Shown here: positions 34,804 to 48,976 of the stretch, piece by piece
How positions within the stretch are numbered: position 1 is the first letter of the stretch
How the letters are laid out: each line of letters begins with the position of its first letter
DNA from: Schizochytrium sp. TIO01
Lineage: Eukaryota > Protista > Bigyra: Labyrinthulomycetes
Direction of reading: 5' to 3'
Assembly (NCBI GenBank): GCA_004764695.1
Contig: SMSO01000014.1
Span: forward strand, 6,438,029-6,502,028
Length of the DNA: 64,000 nt
The notes under the pieces: generated by a model
Seen by the model: the letters and a program-made list of their open reading frames with translations, nothing else
The model's database searches: none
What the model was told of the DNA's origin: nothing
Made by a program: the position numbers and the translations under genes

Positions 34804-37800
34804 GCCTTCGTCGTTAACATTTCTTTTCTTCTTTTTCTTTCTTCTTTTGCTTTCTTTTACTTTCCTTTAAACAAACAAAAATAAACAAACAAAAGTGAAC
34901 AATGAGGAGACGACGGTCGAAGATCATCGCGCTCCGCCTCTTGTCTTCTCCAATACGCAGTCAGAGCCGCGCCCCTGACCGGTCCAGCTGGCGGCCGGCT
35001 CGGCAGCCCGAGAGGCCCGCGCGGGCCCGAGGCCCCCGCCTCTCCGGCTGCTCTTGCGGCTGGGGAGGAGGCCCGATAGTCTTGATCCGCCGATCGATTG
35101 ACTCATCGATTGATCGATTCATTGATCCATCCATTCTCTCGAGGAAGCGACGGGGGTAGTTTGGGAGTCTTTGGTTAAAGCAACTCTTTCTGCTTTTATT
35201 TTCGTTTATATGTTTATTTAGTTATTTGTTTAAAAGAAATCAAAGCGAGTAAGAACGTGTTTTCATTGAAGGAGTTGAACAGTGTATCTTTTTGGACAGG
35301 GAGGAGAATAAGTGACTATCTTTCTTTCTTTCTAGTATGTATGTATGTATGGATCGATCGATCGATCTTCTCAATTTGGTTTCCGTCATTCGCTCGTTCG
35401 TACGTACCATAGTGCCTAATTTTCAAAGTTGGGTTGAAGATCGATCAGATTTCGTAAGAGGTTCCATTTAATTCTTCTTGTCAGGTTTTTGTGCTGTTTT
35501 CATGTATTTTGTTTTGTTTTTTGCAGAGCTTTGTTTGTTGGGTAACTTTCAACTACTTTTGAAAACAAGAGGAAACAGATCACCAGAATTGTACTACGGC
35601 GTGTCCTAGCGTTTACGATAGAGGGGTCTATAAGACCGACGTTCTAAGAAGTTGAAGATTCTTTCGCATTTTCCCCCTTTCTTCCTGTTCTTCTTTCTTT
35701 CTGCGCTCTGTTGTTGCACAGAGCGAGCTGCTCCACCTCAAACCACGTAAGTCACCGACGTGCGCGTTGCTGCCTCTGCTCTGGAACTTTCCTCGCTACT
35801 GAAAGATGGCTTTCGCTCGATCTCCAATCTCCACCCAACGAGGCACTTCAATAGGCAGCAGCCATTTTCATTTTCACATTTTCACTCCTCCTTCACATTT
35901 CGTGGTTAAAGTTTTCATCGATATAAATGTTATTATATCGCTGCTTTAACCACGAAAAGAAAGATAGAAATTCGCAGTGCCTGCAAGAATTGAAGGAATC
36001 GATCGGGAAAGACCCTAGCTCGAGGCCTTCTAGATGTATGTATGCATTCATTGCAGGCAGAAGAAGAAACAGCTCAGCAGCACAGTTTCCTGAGGTGGTT
36101 AGGCCCCCTTTTTCATAAAATTGAGCTTCCTTTACCAACCAAAACAACTTGGAATGAAAATAAAAAGCAAAACAAAAAGTACTTGCTGGTACTATCTATC
36201 CATATTCTTTTCGTAAGGAATGCAGGCCCCTACTAGCATAAAACCTAACAGTTGTCCGGCTTGAGTAAGAAGGAGAATGAATGGCTGTGCTCAAGATATA
36301 GGGACGCAAGGGAGGCGTCTTTGTAGATGGAAGCTGGAGAGAATGGGAACTGCTGGAACAGGAATCTTTGGGAAATGGGCCAGCAGGCCTGTGGCATAGG
36401 TAGTTTTCGATCGTAGTAGGCTGAGAATGAGACGATGATGGATATCATGGGGGTTGGGCAATGATAGAGTGTGTGCGCTGTGTTATTGCGGTCTGCGATG
36501 CTAGAAGAGAGCTGCAAAACGACTGTAAAACAGTGGTTTTTGAGAAAGAAAAGGGGGGAAAAGAGGTAAAACCTGAGACCTCAACAAATGATTCTGAAGA
36601 TTCTAGCTTACTCTTGAAGATAAGGCCGTTGGAGAAATGAATCTTCTTACCTAGGAATAATATGTGTAGTCTGGCAAGATTTAGGTAAAGAAAGAATGAA
36701 ACTAAAGATTCTTTTATATTCTTAGAATTTACATGCAGAACCCTGAAAGATTTCCTAAACTTGCGCGCGGACATTTCTGCCCAAGCTTGAATTTCAAGTG
36801 AACATAAGCTGTTCGAGCCTAACTTCTAAATAAAATAGACTCACAAAGAAAGTAAATGATATGATGCCACAAGCTTCAATAAATATTGGAATGAAATGTA
36901 GCTTGACTTGGCGTTTTCTCCTTTAGTCTGCACATCATCCATTTTCTTTTGTTTAAGGAAATAATAGCCTTCAGCAATTCGAAGAGCAGTTGTTCCTTAC
37001 CCCATTTGATTTGTCATAAACCTATGCTATTGTAATACAAGGAGGTCCTTGATTTTGTTTAATGAAAGGAAGCCAAGTAAAGTCACCACAAGCTTTCCTC
37101 CTTCGCCAGCATTAGGAAGATGATGTGGCATTAAGATAAATATTCTGCCGCTCTCGATGAAACTATCACCAAATCGTCTTTTAAGACGTATTTGACTTCT
37201 CATTGCTGAGAGGCTGGCTCAAAATCGCGAAAATTCCCGCAACGATACTTCAAATCCAGGACTCCGTTAGTTCTGAGTCTTCTGACACTCACTGAAGTTA
37301 CAGGTGGTCGTTTAGTAAGTACAGAGAAGAAAAGCTCAGAACTGAAAAGTATTCTGCGAACTCCAAATCATCTGTTTTGTTAAGATAGATGAACTTACGA
37401 GAGAATGATGCAGAAACTATTTCCATAGTCAATCTCAGGAACCGGAGAGCTAGCAATGAACCTAAACTCCAGGACTGCTCAGACTTCCGAAATGATCTCT
37501 GCAGGTTTTTCTTGAGGTAGAAAGAGTAGTCTTGACAGCACAATAGTCAGTCAGACCTCCCAAAGCTCCGAGCTTGTGCTTTAGACACTCATTTGCTTAT
37601 CAGCTCACTCAGGAGATGCCGAGCATTTTAATTGTATGCCTCTGGAGTTTCCTCTGGCAACTTATGCAATCGCCCAAATCCCATCCCACTCCACCAAATG
37701 TAGTTAATTACCTAGTCGGTCGAACTTTGCTGGCCAGCAATGCAAACGAATGCAAGCCTGTAGTGCATGAAAAGAATTAAAGTGTTTTTTCTCATAAAGG

Positions 37801-40269
37801 GTAAAAACCATCAAAATTACTCTCAGCATTCACGACGAATTTCTTCGGAACAGACCTCTTGTGAAATAACCGCAGAAGCCTGAGGAAGCTTGCTTCTCGA
37901 CCCCCGGCTGTAGAAGAGATTACACGGCCATCATTACGACATAGAACCAAACCACTACCACCCTAGTCGCTGTGCTGCATCCCCCATTGGCACATTGCGT
38001 AGCACTGCGCTCACTAGCAGAGCTGCTACGTTTCATGCGGTGAGTGAGGACCTGATCATCGACATCAACCTCGCTTCCACGTAACGATACTTTAGGTTAC
38101 GAGAACAGCAAGTCAGCGAGGAACGATCTTGACAAGTTCTTCGGGTGGCAACAACGTCCAGCAAGGACTAATTGAGCACCGTGAGCGAGCGAGCACTTGG
38201 AGGCTCTCTCCGCAGAGATCAGGCACAAGCAGTTTGCGCACCGCCCATCCATGTGTTAAAGGCAACGCGTTAGTTTGGTGGTCTCGAGCAACAAAACCAA
38301 AGCCTGTAGTGCCACACCCTCTGCAAGGAAGCAGGTAATAAAGAAGTCATCGAAGTCGTCAAAGTATCTCCTAACTCCTCCTACCTACCTGCCTACCTTG
38401 GAGGAGGCTTCAGGAGTCTGAACAAGTGAAGCAAACACAGCGTGAGTGACAATTCTTACCCCAAACGCTAAACGCCAAGTGGCGCTGCGATTGCATAGTT
38501 TCGGCGAACGGCGACCGGCGAGGTCATCTTCTGCCAAGTGTCTCTTTTGATCCAACCAATATCCGTCCTCTACAAACAACGCGTAGTCCTGCTCCAGTGT
38601 AGTGCCCACCTATTGTAAGGCAGGCAATTGCAATTGTCGCCGACATTAGTGTGAATGAATGAGTGAATGAATGAATGAAGGCTCAGCTTTCGTGAAAGGG
38701 AACGGCAGCGTACGTAGGCAGGAAGGAAGCTACCTAGAGCCTGCTACCATTCCACCTACCTGGTATCGCCACTGATTTGCTTTGCTCTGCAGATTGGAGC
38801 CTGGATTCATGACGATCACCACATCGGGTTAGGCTGCATGTAGTCGCCTTCGCCACGCCAAGAGTGAATAAATGAATGAGTAAATAAATGAATGAATGAA
38901 TGAATGAATGAATGAATGAATAAACAAATGCCTCGAAGCCAATCTAATTAGGTGGCAGTCAGCAGCAGCGGAAGCGAAGGCGAAAGCGAAAGCAAGGTGG
39001 TCGATCTCATTGCCAGTGGAGCAGGTTCGTTCTCGAGAGCACCATTGTGGTTTATTAGTTTATTAGTGCTTTCCTCGTCTCTGGTGCTAAAGAAATCAGT
39101 GCCACTGCAACTAGATGGTGGTAGCCAGCAAGCTAGCAAAGCAAGCAAGCTCTCGAAACTCCAGGCAGTGGTTGCAGTAGTAGCTGAGCAGGTATTTTGG
39201 TCCTCTCTGTAAGCCCTGGCCCAGTTCAGATTCTTGACCTCCACGATGTCGTCAAGTTAATGCAAGTTTCTTTGTTTTCTTGATGTGGTTTCAAGATGCC
39301 AGTGAGTCAGTGAGTGAGTGAGTGACCTTTGCAGTCGAGAGAAAGACAGCAGTTTTGGAATTAAACGGAGTGTCTCTGTTTTCCTACAGAGTAATTCTGA
39401 ATTGAATGAAATACTTTTTAATTAAAGAGTTTTTGATAATCATCTAAAATAAATTAATAAATGTATAACAAGAAGAATAATACGAGTCATACAACTGTAA
39501 AAGGATGGCAGGCAGGCTAAAGCTTTTTTCTTGTCTTCGAGTAGAATTGATGTGATTTTATTTTTATAATTAAAATAATCATCAATTAAAATTGCCACGT
39601 TTACACGATAAAGGAGTGAGTGCAATCGCTCGCTTTGCTTCAACATCTCTGTAGTATTGCGCAGCACATTCCCCGTCGTTTCTCCACGACCCACTGCGCG
39701 AAGATGGATCAGCGGCTGCTTGAAGCCCTCTGTTCACGACCTTTGTCGGTGCCTAGTGTTAGTGTGAGTTTGTGAGCGTGCGAGCGAGTGAGCGACGAAG
39801 AAGAAGAAGAAGAAGAAGAAGAAGTCATTGAATGAGGCAAACCGAACGAGGTCGAGTTGGTTCTCAAGACCTTGCGCTTCTCAACGAAGGCGAGCAGAAG
39901 CCAGAAACGCGAGACAGCTTATCGACAGAGATAATCGACGAACTCTTGACAACTTGGGATTTGAGCATCGATGAAAACACGGAGTCAGGAGTCAGCAGGA
40001 AGTACCTACTAAGCCTCTTCCTTCTTGTAATGAATGAGTGAATGAATGAATGAGTGTATGAGTGAATTGGCCAATGCTTTTGCACAGCACTCGGGTCAAA
40101 CGAGCTCACTGTCATTCACGATCGCAAGAACCGCTGTGAATTCGAGTCCGAGGCTAAGATATCCTGAGGGTTGTTTGCCCTCACCGAGGCCAAACTGAGA
40201 AGAAGAAGAAGAAGAAGAAGAAGAAGAAGAAAAAGGACCCTTCTGTTCGAAGATTGGCCAGATTGATTT

Positions 40270-40930
40270 CATTTCTTTCTTGAGCTGTCCACACGCACAC
40301 GGGCTGGAAGGACTTCAAGACCGAGCACCTCTTCTTCGTCCATTCGGACATCATCGTCCACGATCTCGAGTTCTTCGGCGGCAATGCTTCGTTGAACGGA
40401 TGGAGACAGCGTCTGTGATGCCAAAGGCACCAAACGTAAATGGGCGCATCGGCGACCATCTCGAACACCGCGATGACCGCGATGGCCGTGAAGAACCACG
40501 AAAGCCCAAGCTTACAGGGAGCGAAGTCACACTCCTGCAGGAGCGCTCCCGAGAGAGAGCCCGCTCCAGGCCCTCGAGAACCTCGGGCAGCCAGCCATTG
40601 ATGCGACCTGCGCGAACGCCTTCAAGCTGGCCATCTAGCTGGTGCCGCTCTGGAGAGAGCCCAAGATGAGCTCCACGGCGGTGAACGAAGCCGAGGTTGC
40701 AGAGCGAGCGCAAGCCAACCGTGGCATCCTTGGATTCATCGCGGTCGCCGATGATACTCGGCGGCGATGGTCGTGCCTGATCGAAGAGGACCAGCTGGGC
40801 ATCCTGGCAGCGCGGGCTCCTTGGCCTGCGCATGCCCGGATGTGCCATGAACGCCCTCGCCGCCTCGAGAGAGCAGCTCGAGTCGTGGTCATTCATTGCC
40901 TCTGCGTAGAGCACCGCCAGATTCATGTCG
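40270..40930 (-). pseudogene. Possible decayed gene fragment with TPR-like remnants
   Basis: GC-rich, coding-like island. The minus frame has 'MNLAVLYAEAMNDHD...AARAF' and 'RSLCNLGFVHRRG', which resemble TPR helix-A starts. No intact long ORF. Confidence 0.25.
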
Positions 40931-43019
40931 TCGTGGGTTTAGAGCGGTGCATGAATGAATGCGAATGAACGAACGAATGCAATGGACAATCGAATCAGGC
41001 GATGCGAGCGACGAACCAACGAACGAACAGCAGCTTCTTGGGAGGCCTAAGCCCTCGGTCTCTCGTCGAGGAAACCAATAAATCGCACGGAAATAAACCG
41101 CAAGAGCGACCCGGAGAGCCCATAGCTTGGCAGGCGCTCTTCCAAGCTCAGCTCAGGGCTCTTGACGAGATTGCATTACATCCTTCTTCCATGCGTTAGA
41201 TTTGATGCGCCGCGATGACGGAGAGAGATCCTTTACCTATTCCGTCATTGGAGACCGATGGCACCAGCCGGAAACCAACCCCTCCGCCACCTAGCGCAGC
41301 AGCAGCAGCAGTGGCATCGGCATCGGCATCGTCAGCAGCAGCAGCAGCAGCAGCAGCAGAGGTGGCTCGAGACGAACGAACTGTCTAAGCTTGGCAGCCA
41401 AGCAAAAGAATGCCTGGAGGACGAGGAGGAAGCGCTCGCTGAGCAGGACCGAGCTTGCGGAAGGACCTGAATTTCCCTTCGAATACCATTCGTTCCGTGT
41501 AGTGGAAGAGCAGTATCTGCGTAGGTATTTATTTATAGTTGATGACCCAAACTAAACCAGTCATGACATTTATTTACTTTGTGTTCATCATAAAAACCGC
41601 CTTTCTTATTTAGTTTTTTTTTTTTTTTTTAATAGTTTTAATTGCTTCTTTTAACTAACAACTAATTTTACTTTTTCTTAATTAAAACTATTTAATTGAA
41701 AAAAAAAAATTAAAAAAAGAGAGATGTAGAGTTTTACTTCGATTTTCTGCTTTTGGCCAACACATTGGAATCAAAATCATCGTTCACGGCGTGGCAGAGC
41801 GAGGAGCGAGTGGCGGCGACGTGCAGATCGATAGATAGATAGATAGATAGATAGATATAAACAAATATGGCTTGCCGACTGCAGTTGCTATCACGGGGCT
41901 GCGAGGGAGCCTGCGAGGGAACGAATGACCTGAGCGAGCGCCATCTCTCTTGAAATTATTGAGGGAGTATGACCTTCTGTGGAGTGAATGTTGCAATTGC
42001 CCATTCTCTTCTCTTCTTCTTATCATATACTAAACAATATAACATGCATGTTCTTTATCTTTCCCTTTTATGATCTTTTCCTCCTTTAAAAAAAATAAGA
42101 GAGATTATACATTTTTAAAATAAAACTAAAAATAAATAACAAATTATAAAATTGTTGTGTTACCTCCAGAGGTCGCATTGCTCGATTTATGAGAAGCCCC
42201 GTTGAAAAAACACAGACTCTGACTGCAAATTGGCCTCGAGCCTCATGTGCGTGTGCCTGTATGTACGAGTCAATGAATGAATGATTGATTGAATGGCAAG
42301 GTAGCTAGCTAGCTAGTTGGTTAGCGATGGATCCGACACGTCTTCGGACATGCCCCCGTGTCTCTGTCTTGGAAGCGCAGAGCCGTCGCTACCACCTCCG
42401 TGTCTTGCTTCCTTGAAATGTGCGAGGCTTCCATGTAAATCAATCAAGTCAGCCAAATCAAATCAACCAGATACTCACTCACTGGTTGATTGCCAATGCC
42501 AACAAGGCTAGCTCGTTCCAAAGCAGGTGGAAGCATGCATGCCATGCAAGAAGACACTCACCGCTCCGCCTTGGAGGAACTGTCAATCGTAGCTCAAGAC
42601 GTCGCTCATGGTCTCCAGATTCCACAGCTTGATTGATTGACGGCTATGTTTACAGCGTCCTTGACGAGTTTGATGCTACAAGTGGCCTCTTTCTGAGCCA
42701 GGCGAACTTCTGAATCCCCGAATGTGTCGGCCTTGAAAGTCGTAATGCAATGCGGCCCATGGAATCGTTGGTCCTCCCCGGCAGCTGCAACGCTCGAAGT
42801 GCTACTATATCATTCATTCATGCATGGATTGCATGAACAGCGGCACGTTGAACTGTGGCAGGAGCAAGTAATTTTTGATTGCTGTGGCAGACTGGCTTAT
42901 GACGACAGTCAGTCTGCTGTCAGCAACTGCACGCTCGCCCACGCTCTCCGCCACACGCTCGATTGCACACCGACTTGGAGAATGGATGAACGAATGAATT
43001 GGTTGAATTGATTGATTGA

Positions 43020-43087
43020 TTGCACAAATTGCACAAATTGCACAAATTGCACAAATTGCTCAAATTGCTCAAATTGCACAAATTGCA
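43020..43087. repeat. (TTGCACAAA)n 9-bp tandem repeat
   Basis: About 7 units, two of them with the variant TTGCTCAAA. Confidence 0.92.
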
Positions 43088-46000
43088 AGCTGCGAAGGAG
43101 GACTTGAGCTATCTGCAACAGGCGTCTAGGCAGCCAGTTCCCAGGTACAGCTAGCTTCGGAGATTGAAGAAGTCCACTCGCAAGCAGCCCGCTGCACCGT
43201 CGTTTAGTTTACAGGGTAGGGCAACGCAAGCGAGTTCACTGCAAATATAAAGCAAGCAAGTTAGCAAGCAAGCAATTCTTGCCTCTTGATGGTTGTCGGA
43301 GTGATCACTTCGTGAGTCAAGATTCTCTCAAACCGTTTGCTGTGCTGAGCCTCCCTGTGGCGATGTGGAAATGGAGGAATCTGGCTGTCCCTTGGCCAGG
43401 CTGTGCCCTCCTTCCTTCGAAGTTGACGAGAGAACTCTGCACCATGCGATGAGCAAGTCATCAGGCGTCAGTACCTAGGTACCGAGCTAGACAGAGGAAC
43501 CGTGCTCGTGCTTGCTTGCTTCAAGTAAGTTCCTCCAGCCTGGGCTGACTGAGCCAGCGTGGGAAACTAAGATGGGCGCACGCTAGTCAGGGATCCTGCC
43601 GCCTGGGGCGTCTGTCACCTTCTTTCCAAGGACCACCGCGGCCCTCTCTTAGAGCATAGCTCTAGAGATACTAAAGGTTACAATCGAAGAAAACATGCGT
43701 CAAAGGGCGGGCGGTAAGTAACAAGAAAATGGCAGACCTTTGAACAGCCCGAGCGAAAGAATTGCGCAGCCCCAGCGTTGAACGGGATGGCGTTCTTGGC
43801 TTGGCACGACTCGCCTCAAGGCTGGATATTCATTAACTAAATCCACTCGTTTCGTCCTTTACTTTTCAAAGGGTTTCGTTTCATCATGATTGGGTAATTC
43901 ACGCACCTTGAAAACGTGAAGATTAATTTAATTAGTACAGAAACACCAGACACAGTGAGAGTGTGTCCTCTCCTCGAGCGCAGTTTTATTTTTATTTTTA
44001 TTTATTTATTTCTATTTTTATTTTTTTAATTAATTAATAATTAAACTGTATTATTTTACAAGTTTTTTAACTCACATTTGTGAATGAAGAGGCATCTAGA
44101 AGTGCTATTTTACGTATGGTCTGTTATTGATTGATAGATGGCGCCAAGGCACAAGAAAGTGATAACTGAACATCTTGTTTTCCTCATGCGACATTTGTTT
44201 TGGTTCGTGTGTTGCTGCTTTTCAAGTAGGATGCTTTGTTTTATTTGGAACTCGTTTAGTTACTTGGCTAGGTTCTCTATTCAGGCTGCAAAAAGGCCCA
44301 AGGAAGAACTATCATAGTGTTCACACGTTGTTGTGAGACTAGGAGAACTGGGTGTAAATACATGAGTGAGTCAGTAGAATGAATTGCTCAAAGCTGCAGA
44401 AGTTTTTAAAATGAATACCTAGTACCGTCACCGGTTGTAAAGAATCCAAATGTGCAGGTTTTAATTTGAGCCAGCCAGCATCTCGAGCTCTCCAGCCTTC
44501 AGATCAGAAGCTTGTCGTACCAAGCTTTAGGTGTTGGATAGGAGTTCTGAAGGCAGAAACCTGCCTTCGACACTGCCAGGCTGCTATTACCGAAAGACTT
44601 TGCAAGCTCCTCCTGGTTCCCACGCAGAGTGAAAGTATTGCAGGTACCTATTGTAGTTCTTGCCAGAAGGAGATTCATTTTTCTTTCCTTTTCTTGTCGC
44701 TTACCTTTTTAATGCAATATTCATGTTCTGTGGGCAAAAGGAAGAACTTAGACTTCGTACAATTATGAATTGAGAGCCGTGGATATCTAAACATATAACG
44801 TTTTGTACTTCTTTCAATATTTTGACTTTTACAGAGGCAGAACAGAATGAATGAAACTTTCAAGGCAAACCTTTGACTTTTTACAAAGATGAGTTCTCCA
44901 GGTAAAGGCTCCAATTCACTTGAGCAACTTGGTCTATGAATGTCTTTGAGAAATATTACACAAGATAAATAATGTTATAGCTATATAGTTAATGAATCTA
45001 ATCAAAATGAGCTCTTCCACCCGAAACCTATTTGCTCACCATGGCTGTTGCAGGTGAAAGTAAAATACCATGTGCAAACTTTCACAAGGGTTTGGGGACC
45101 ATAATTCCTGCTATCATGATGACTCTAATTCTAAACTCAGTAGTAGGAAAGCACGCATTTCAAGTGCCCTCACAATTTTCATAAGTTGTATTAACCAATG
45201 CCACAAGTCAATGAGGGACGGCAGTGACTAGGTATTGATTGCATGTTGTTCACACTCTTGGATACTGCTAAATATTTCTGCTTTCGGAAATTGCAAGATT
45301 TAACGAGGGAGCATGCCTCATCTCTTCCGAGAGAAAGACCCTGGCGACAGAGTGAATAGGCTTATGTCGAGAGATCAACGCTACGCGCCTAGGTAGAATT
45401 CTGTGTCATGCGAAACTCGAGCGAGCGAACGCAAGAGAGCAAGCTCGCTTGCCAACTTAGGGATCGGTCCTTGGCATTTATTTGGCGGCTTTACAGGTCA
45501 TTCTTTTCTCTTTTTATTGTCCAAGGAATAAAATTGCGGTCACGGCGCTCTTTTATTTTATTTGCTTTTTTTCCAAGTTGTTTTATGATAACAGTAAATG
45601 ATAAATAAAACTAATTACTATAAAAAAACAAAAAAAAAACTCGAGCATTTACTGGGAAAACAGAAAGTTTTCTTCAAAGCTATTCATTATCAATTCCAAG
45701 TTTCGAGACAACAACTGAAAAGAAGAAGAAGGCCCTCATTGCAATGCGCCCCCTCTCATGATCAATAAACGCGAAGGGGGTGTGATAAGGGGGGTGTGCA
45801 TGAGTGTGAGGGAGAGACCAAATAAACTAAAAGCAAGCGCAGTAAACTTAGTTATCGAGTTTCATGCAAGTCGATCAAAAGTCGATGACGCTTCGAGCTC
45901 TTGACAAGTTCAGGTTTGAGACCCCCGTGAACTCGAATCGAGTGATGCAGACTGCAGCCATTGCAGCCAACAGCAGACGAAATGGGCGGTGACTGATTTC

Positions 46001-46585
46001 TCAAAAGCTTGCAAGCGAAATGGCTTTCCTTTTGGGCAAGAACCAAACGAAACTCAAGGGAAGTAAGCACAGCAGAGATGAAGAAATGTAAACACATAAA
46101 TGCCTGCTCTGCAAAGGTTTCATTGTAGACCGCCGCTGTACGTTTGACTTCTAGTGCCCGAGGGTAATGAAGCGTAGGTCTAAACTGCTCCTCCACCCAT
46201 CGACAAAGTCAATCAATTGGCAAAGCCCCTCCTCATCCACTCTCAATCCGGCCGTGGTTTGCTCATCATCATCACTGTCCACATTGAGGAGGTCGTAATC
46301 GAGCAGACATGAAAGCAGCTACAGCATAAACGACACCTGTGGCTGCAAGTGATTCAAGAAACGGAGTATACTTGATGTACCGAAGGCGCTAGTTTTTGCA
46401 ACAACAACGACGATAATAAGAACATTGACAACAACAGCAAAAGGATGCAAATGTTTGGAGAAGAGGTGTAGATGGAGGATTATGAGCAAGAGCAACAACG
46501 CACCGCGGGGGGAGGAAACTTCTCGCTGATCGAAACAGAATTAATTATAGAGGAGCTCGGATTTTGCTTATTCTTCAAGTTCTAT

Positions 46586-46690
46586 TTTGTTTATTTGTTT
46601 GTTTGTTTGTTTGTTTGTTTGTTTGTTTGTTTGTTTGTTTGTTTGTTTGTTTGTTTGTTTGTTTGTTTGTTTGTTTGTTTGTTTGTTTAT
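46586..46690. repeat. (GTTT)n microsatellite
   Basis: About 23 GTTT units. Confidence 0.95.
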
Positions 46691-47018
46691 TTTTTAACAA
46701 AGTAAAGTAAACAGAAAGAAATGAGTCTATTTATGACGAGCTCGAAAGACTTGGAGTAGAAAACAACGTGATCCAATGAATGGAACGAAAACAAAATCCG
46801 AAACACACCCTCGCACGTTGACTGCTTATGCAGCAGGGTTATTTATCGATCGCACCACTTCATCAGCGTTCATTATATCAAGTTGAACTTTCAGCAGCGA
46901 GAAGAGGCACTAGCGAGGCAGCAGCCCTTCGCCACCCTAAGGAGTTGCTAACGACACGATGATCGATTCTTAATTTATTTTTAATTATAAAAAATCAATC
47001 AAATTAGTTTCAATCGCC

Positions 47019-47051
<33 letters not shown>

Positions 47052-47338
47052 TTATGTAATAAATCACGGTACGATAAGGAAAGAGAAGTGGCTAAATAGA
47101 ATAGAATCGCACACACGCATACACTCGGAAAACTCCAAGTGCCGGCTCTGTGGTTGCGCGGGTTGAACGTTCAGAAAGTCAGCCAACATAGGTACGTACG
47201 TACCTACGGCTCAGCCGGTTCCAGGGACTCAGGTTTTCCTGAGCCTTTCCGTGGCCGCAGCGACTCTTGAGCGGGTCAAAGATCGGCGAGGAGCGATGAT
47301 GCAGATCGGCGGCTCCAGAGCCACGAATTTCATTGCCC

Positions 47339-47378
<40 letters not shown>

Positions 47379-47551
47379 TTTTACTTACTTCCTTTCCTTT
47401 TTCAAGCTCAAAGGGACCTTGAAAAGAACTTCGAAAGAAGGAGGTTAAAGTTTCTATTCAAGTTTATTTACTTATTTTCAACCTCCTCCTCCTTCTTCTT
47501 CTTCTTCTTCTTCTTCTACTAAAATGAAAAACTATCAAATCAAATTGAGAA

Positions 47552-47584
<33 letters not shown>

Positions 47585-48939
47585 ATAAGAATTCACAGTG
47601 TTATTGATTGCACAGGCGCACATCACGAACAAGAAAGCTGCAAATGAGGGCCTCAGAACCGAAGAAGAAGCGCTGCAGCTCAAGACTGCTTGCGCACGGA
47701 AACTCCTTCAACAAGGGTGTGCACCGCTACGGAGGCGTAGATTGGCCGGATTCCACGCTCAGCCTGAGCTCAGTCAGCTTTTGGCTCCTGAGGCGTCCCT
47801 CAACTGTAATTACGCAGAATTGTAGTACAAAGATATATAGAGATGTGGTTCTTGGTTTCGTTTACTTCCTCCCCTCCATTTCTGAGTTCTCGATGGATAG
47901 AGGACAAAGACGACGATGCTTTTGCTGATCTTTCGACAAGTTTTTAACCCATTCTTCTCAAAGCAAGCGTCGGGTTCTTGAGTGAAGACATATTGGGTGA
48001 TCGGGCGTTGGTCAGCTTTCTTATGAGGTGCACAGAGCCCGGAAAGGCGACTTGTGGCGGCTTTGGAAGGCAAAGCAGCACTCTGAAATGCTTTCGTGCT
48101 TGGAATACTTTTCATAACTTCGAGTCCTGGAATCCCTACTAAAGGGAGGCCACTGAGTGGACGAAGGGGGGTGAGTGAGCCGGCTTTCACCAGTGAATTA
48201 ATTGATTGATCAATCAGCCGGAAGCACTCAGAACACCCATTCAGTCCAAAGAACTCAACCAGAATACCTCCATAATCGATCGATCAAAGGCGTCCGATCA
48301 GACATGCATTGCGGCAGCTTGACTGAGCCTCGGCCTGAGCTCCTTGAGTGCTTAGAGCAGCGTGGCACGTCTTTGATTTTGCTTGCTTTCTTGTAAAACC
48401 AAAAGAATAAAATTAAATTTATTTATTTATTTAATTAATTATATTCATTTTTATTTTATTTTATTTTTAATAATCATCATCAATAGAAATCTCGCACTCA
48501 CCCAATGATCATTGCCCTCGAATTAGCAGCGAGCGTGAAATGATGGCACAGGGATCACGACGATTCAGGACGACCATCCATAATGTCTGTCGCGGTGTGC
48601 AAATTGCCAAAGCCTCGCGAGATCAAGAGGGCTCGAAGGACGCCCGCCACGCCGCAGGAAGGCTGCAGACCACAAGCGCACACCGAGACGCAGGTCCTTA
48701 CGACTACTTAGGCCCTTCGCTTCTTCTTCTCGACTTGTAAAACTCGAACTACTTAGGTCACGACGACGTGTGCAGGAACGAGGAAAGCAATGTTCTTGAG
48801 CACGAGGAAGAAAAGAAATGGAAAGAGGCACGATGAGCTGGCGTCACCAGCCCCTGCCCCCCAAGAATATATATGTTTTCACAGCTCAGTCGTTTTCACA
48901 GCTCGCGAAGAAATCGAAATTAGGTAATCAATCAATCAG

Positions 48940-48976
<37 letters not shown>

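Noticed and set aside
47189-47206. 18-bp perfect palindrome TAGGTACGTACGTACCTA
   Set aside because: It derives from a self-complementary (GTAC)n microsatellite, with no other support.
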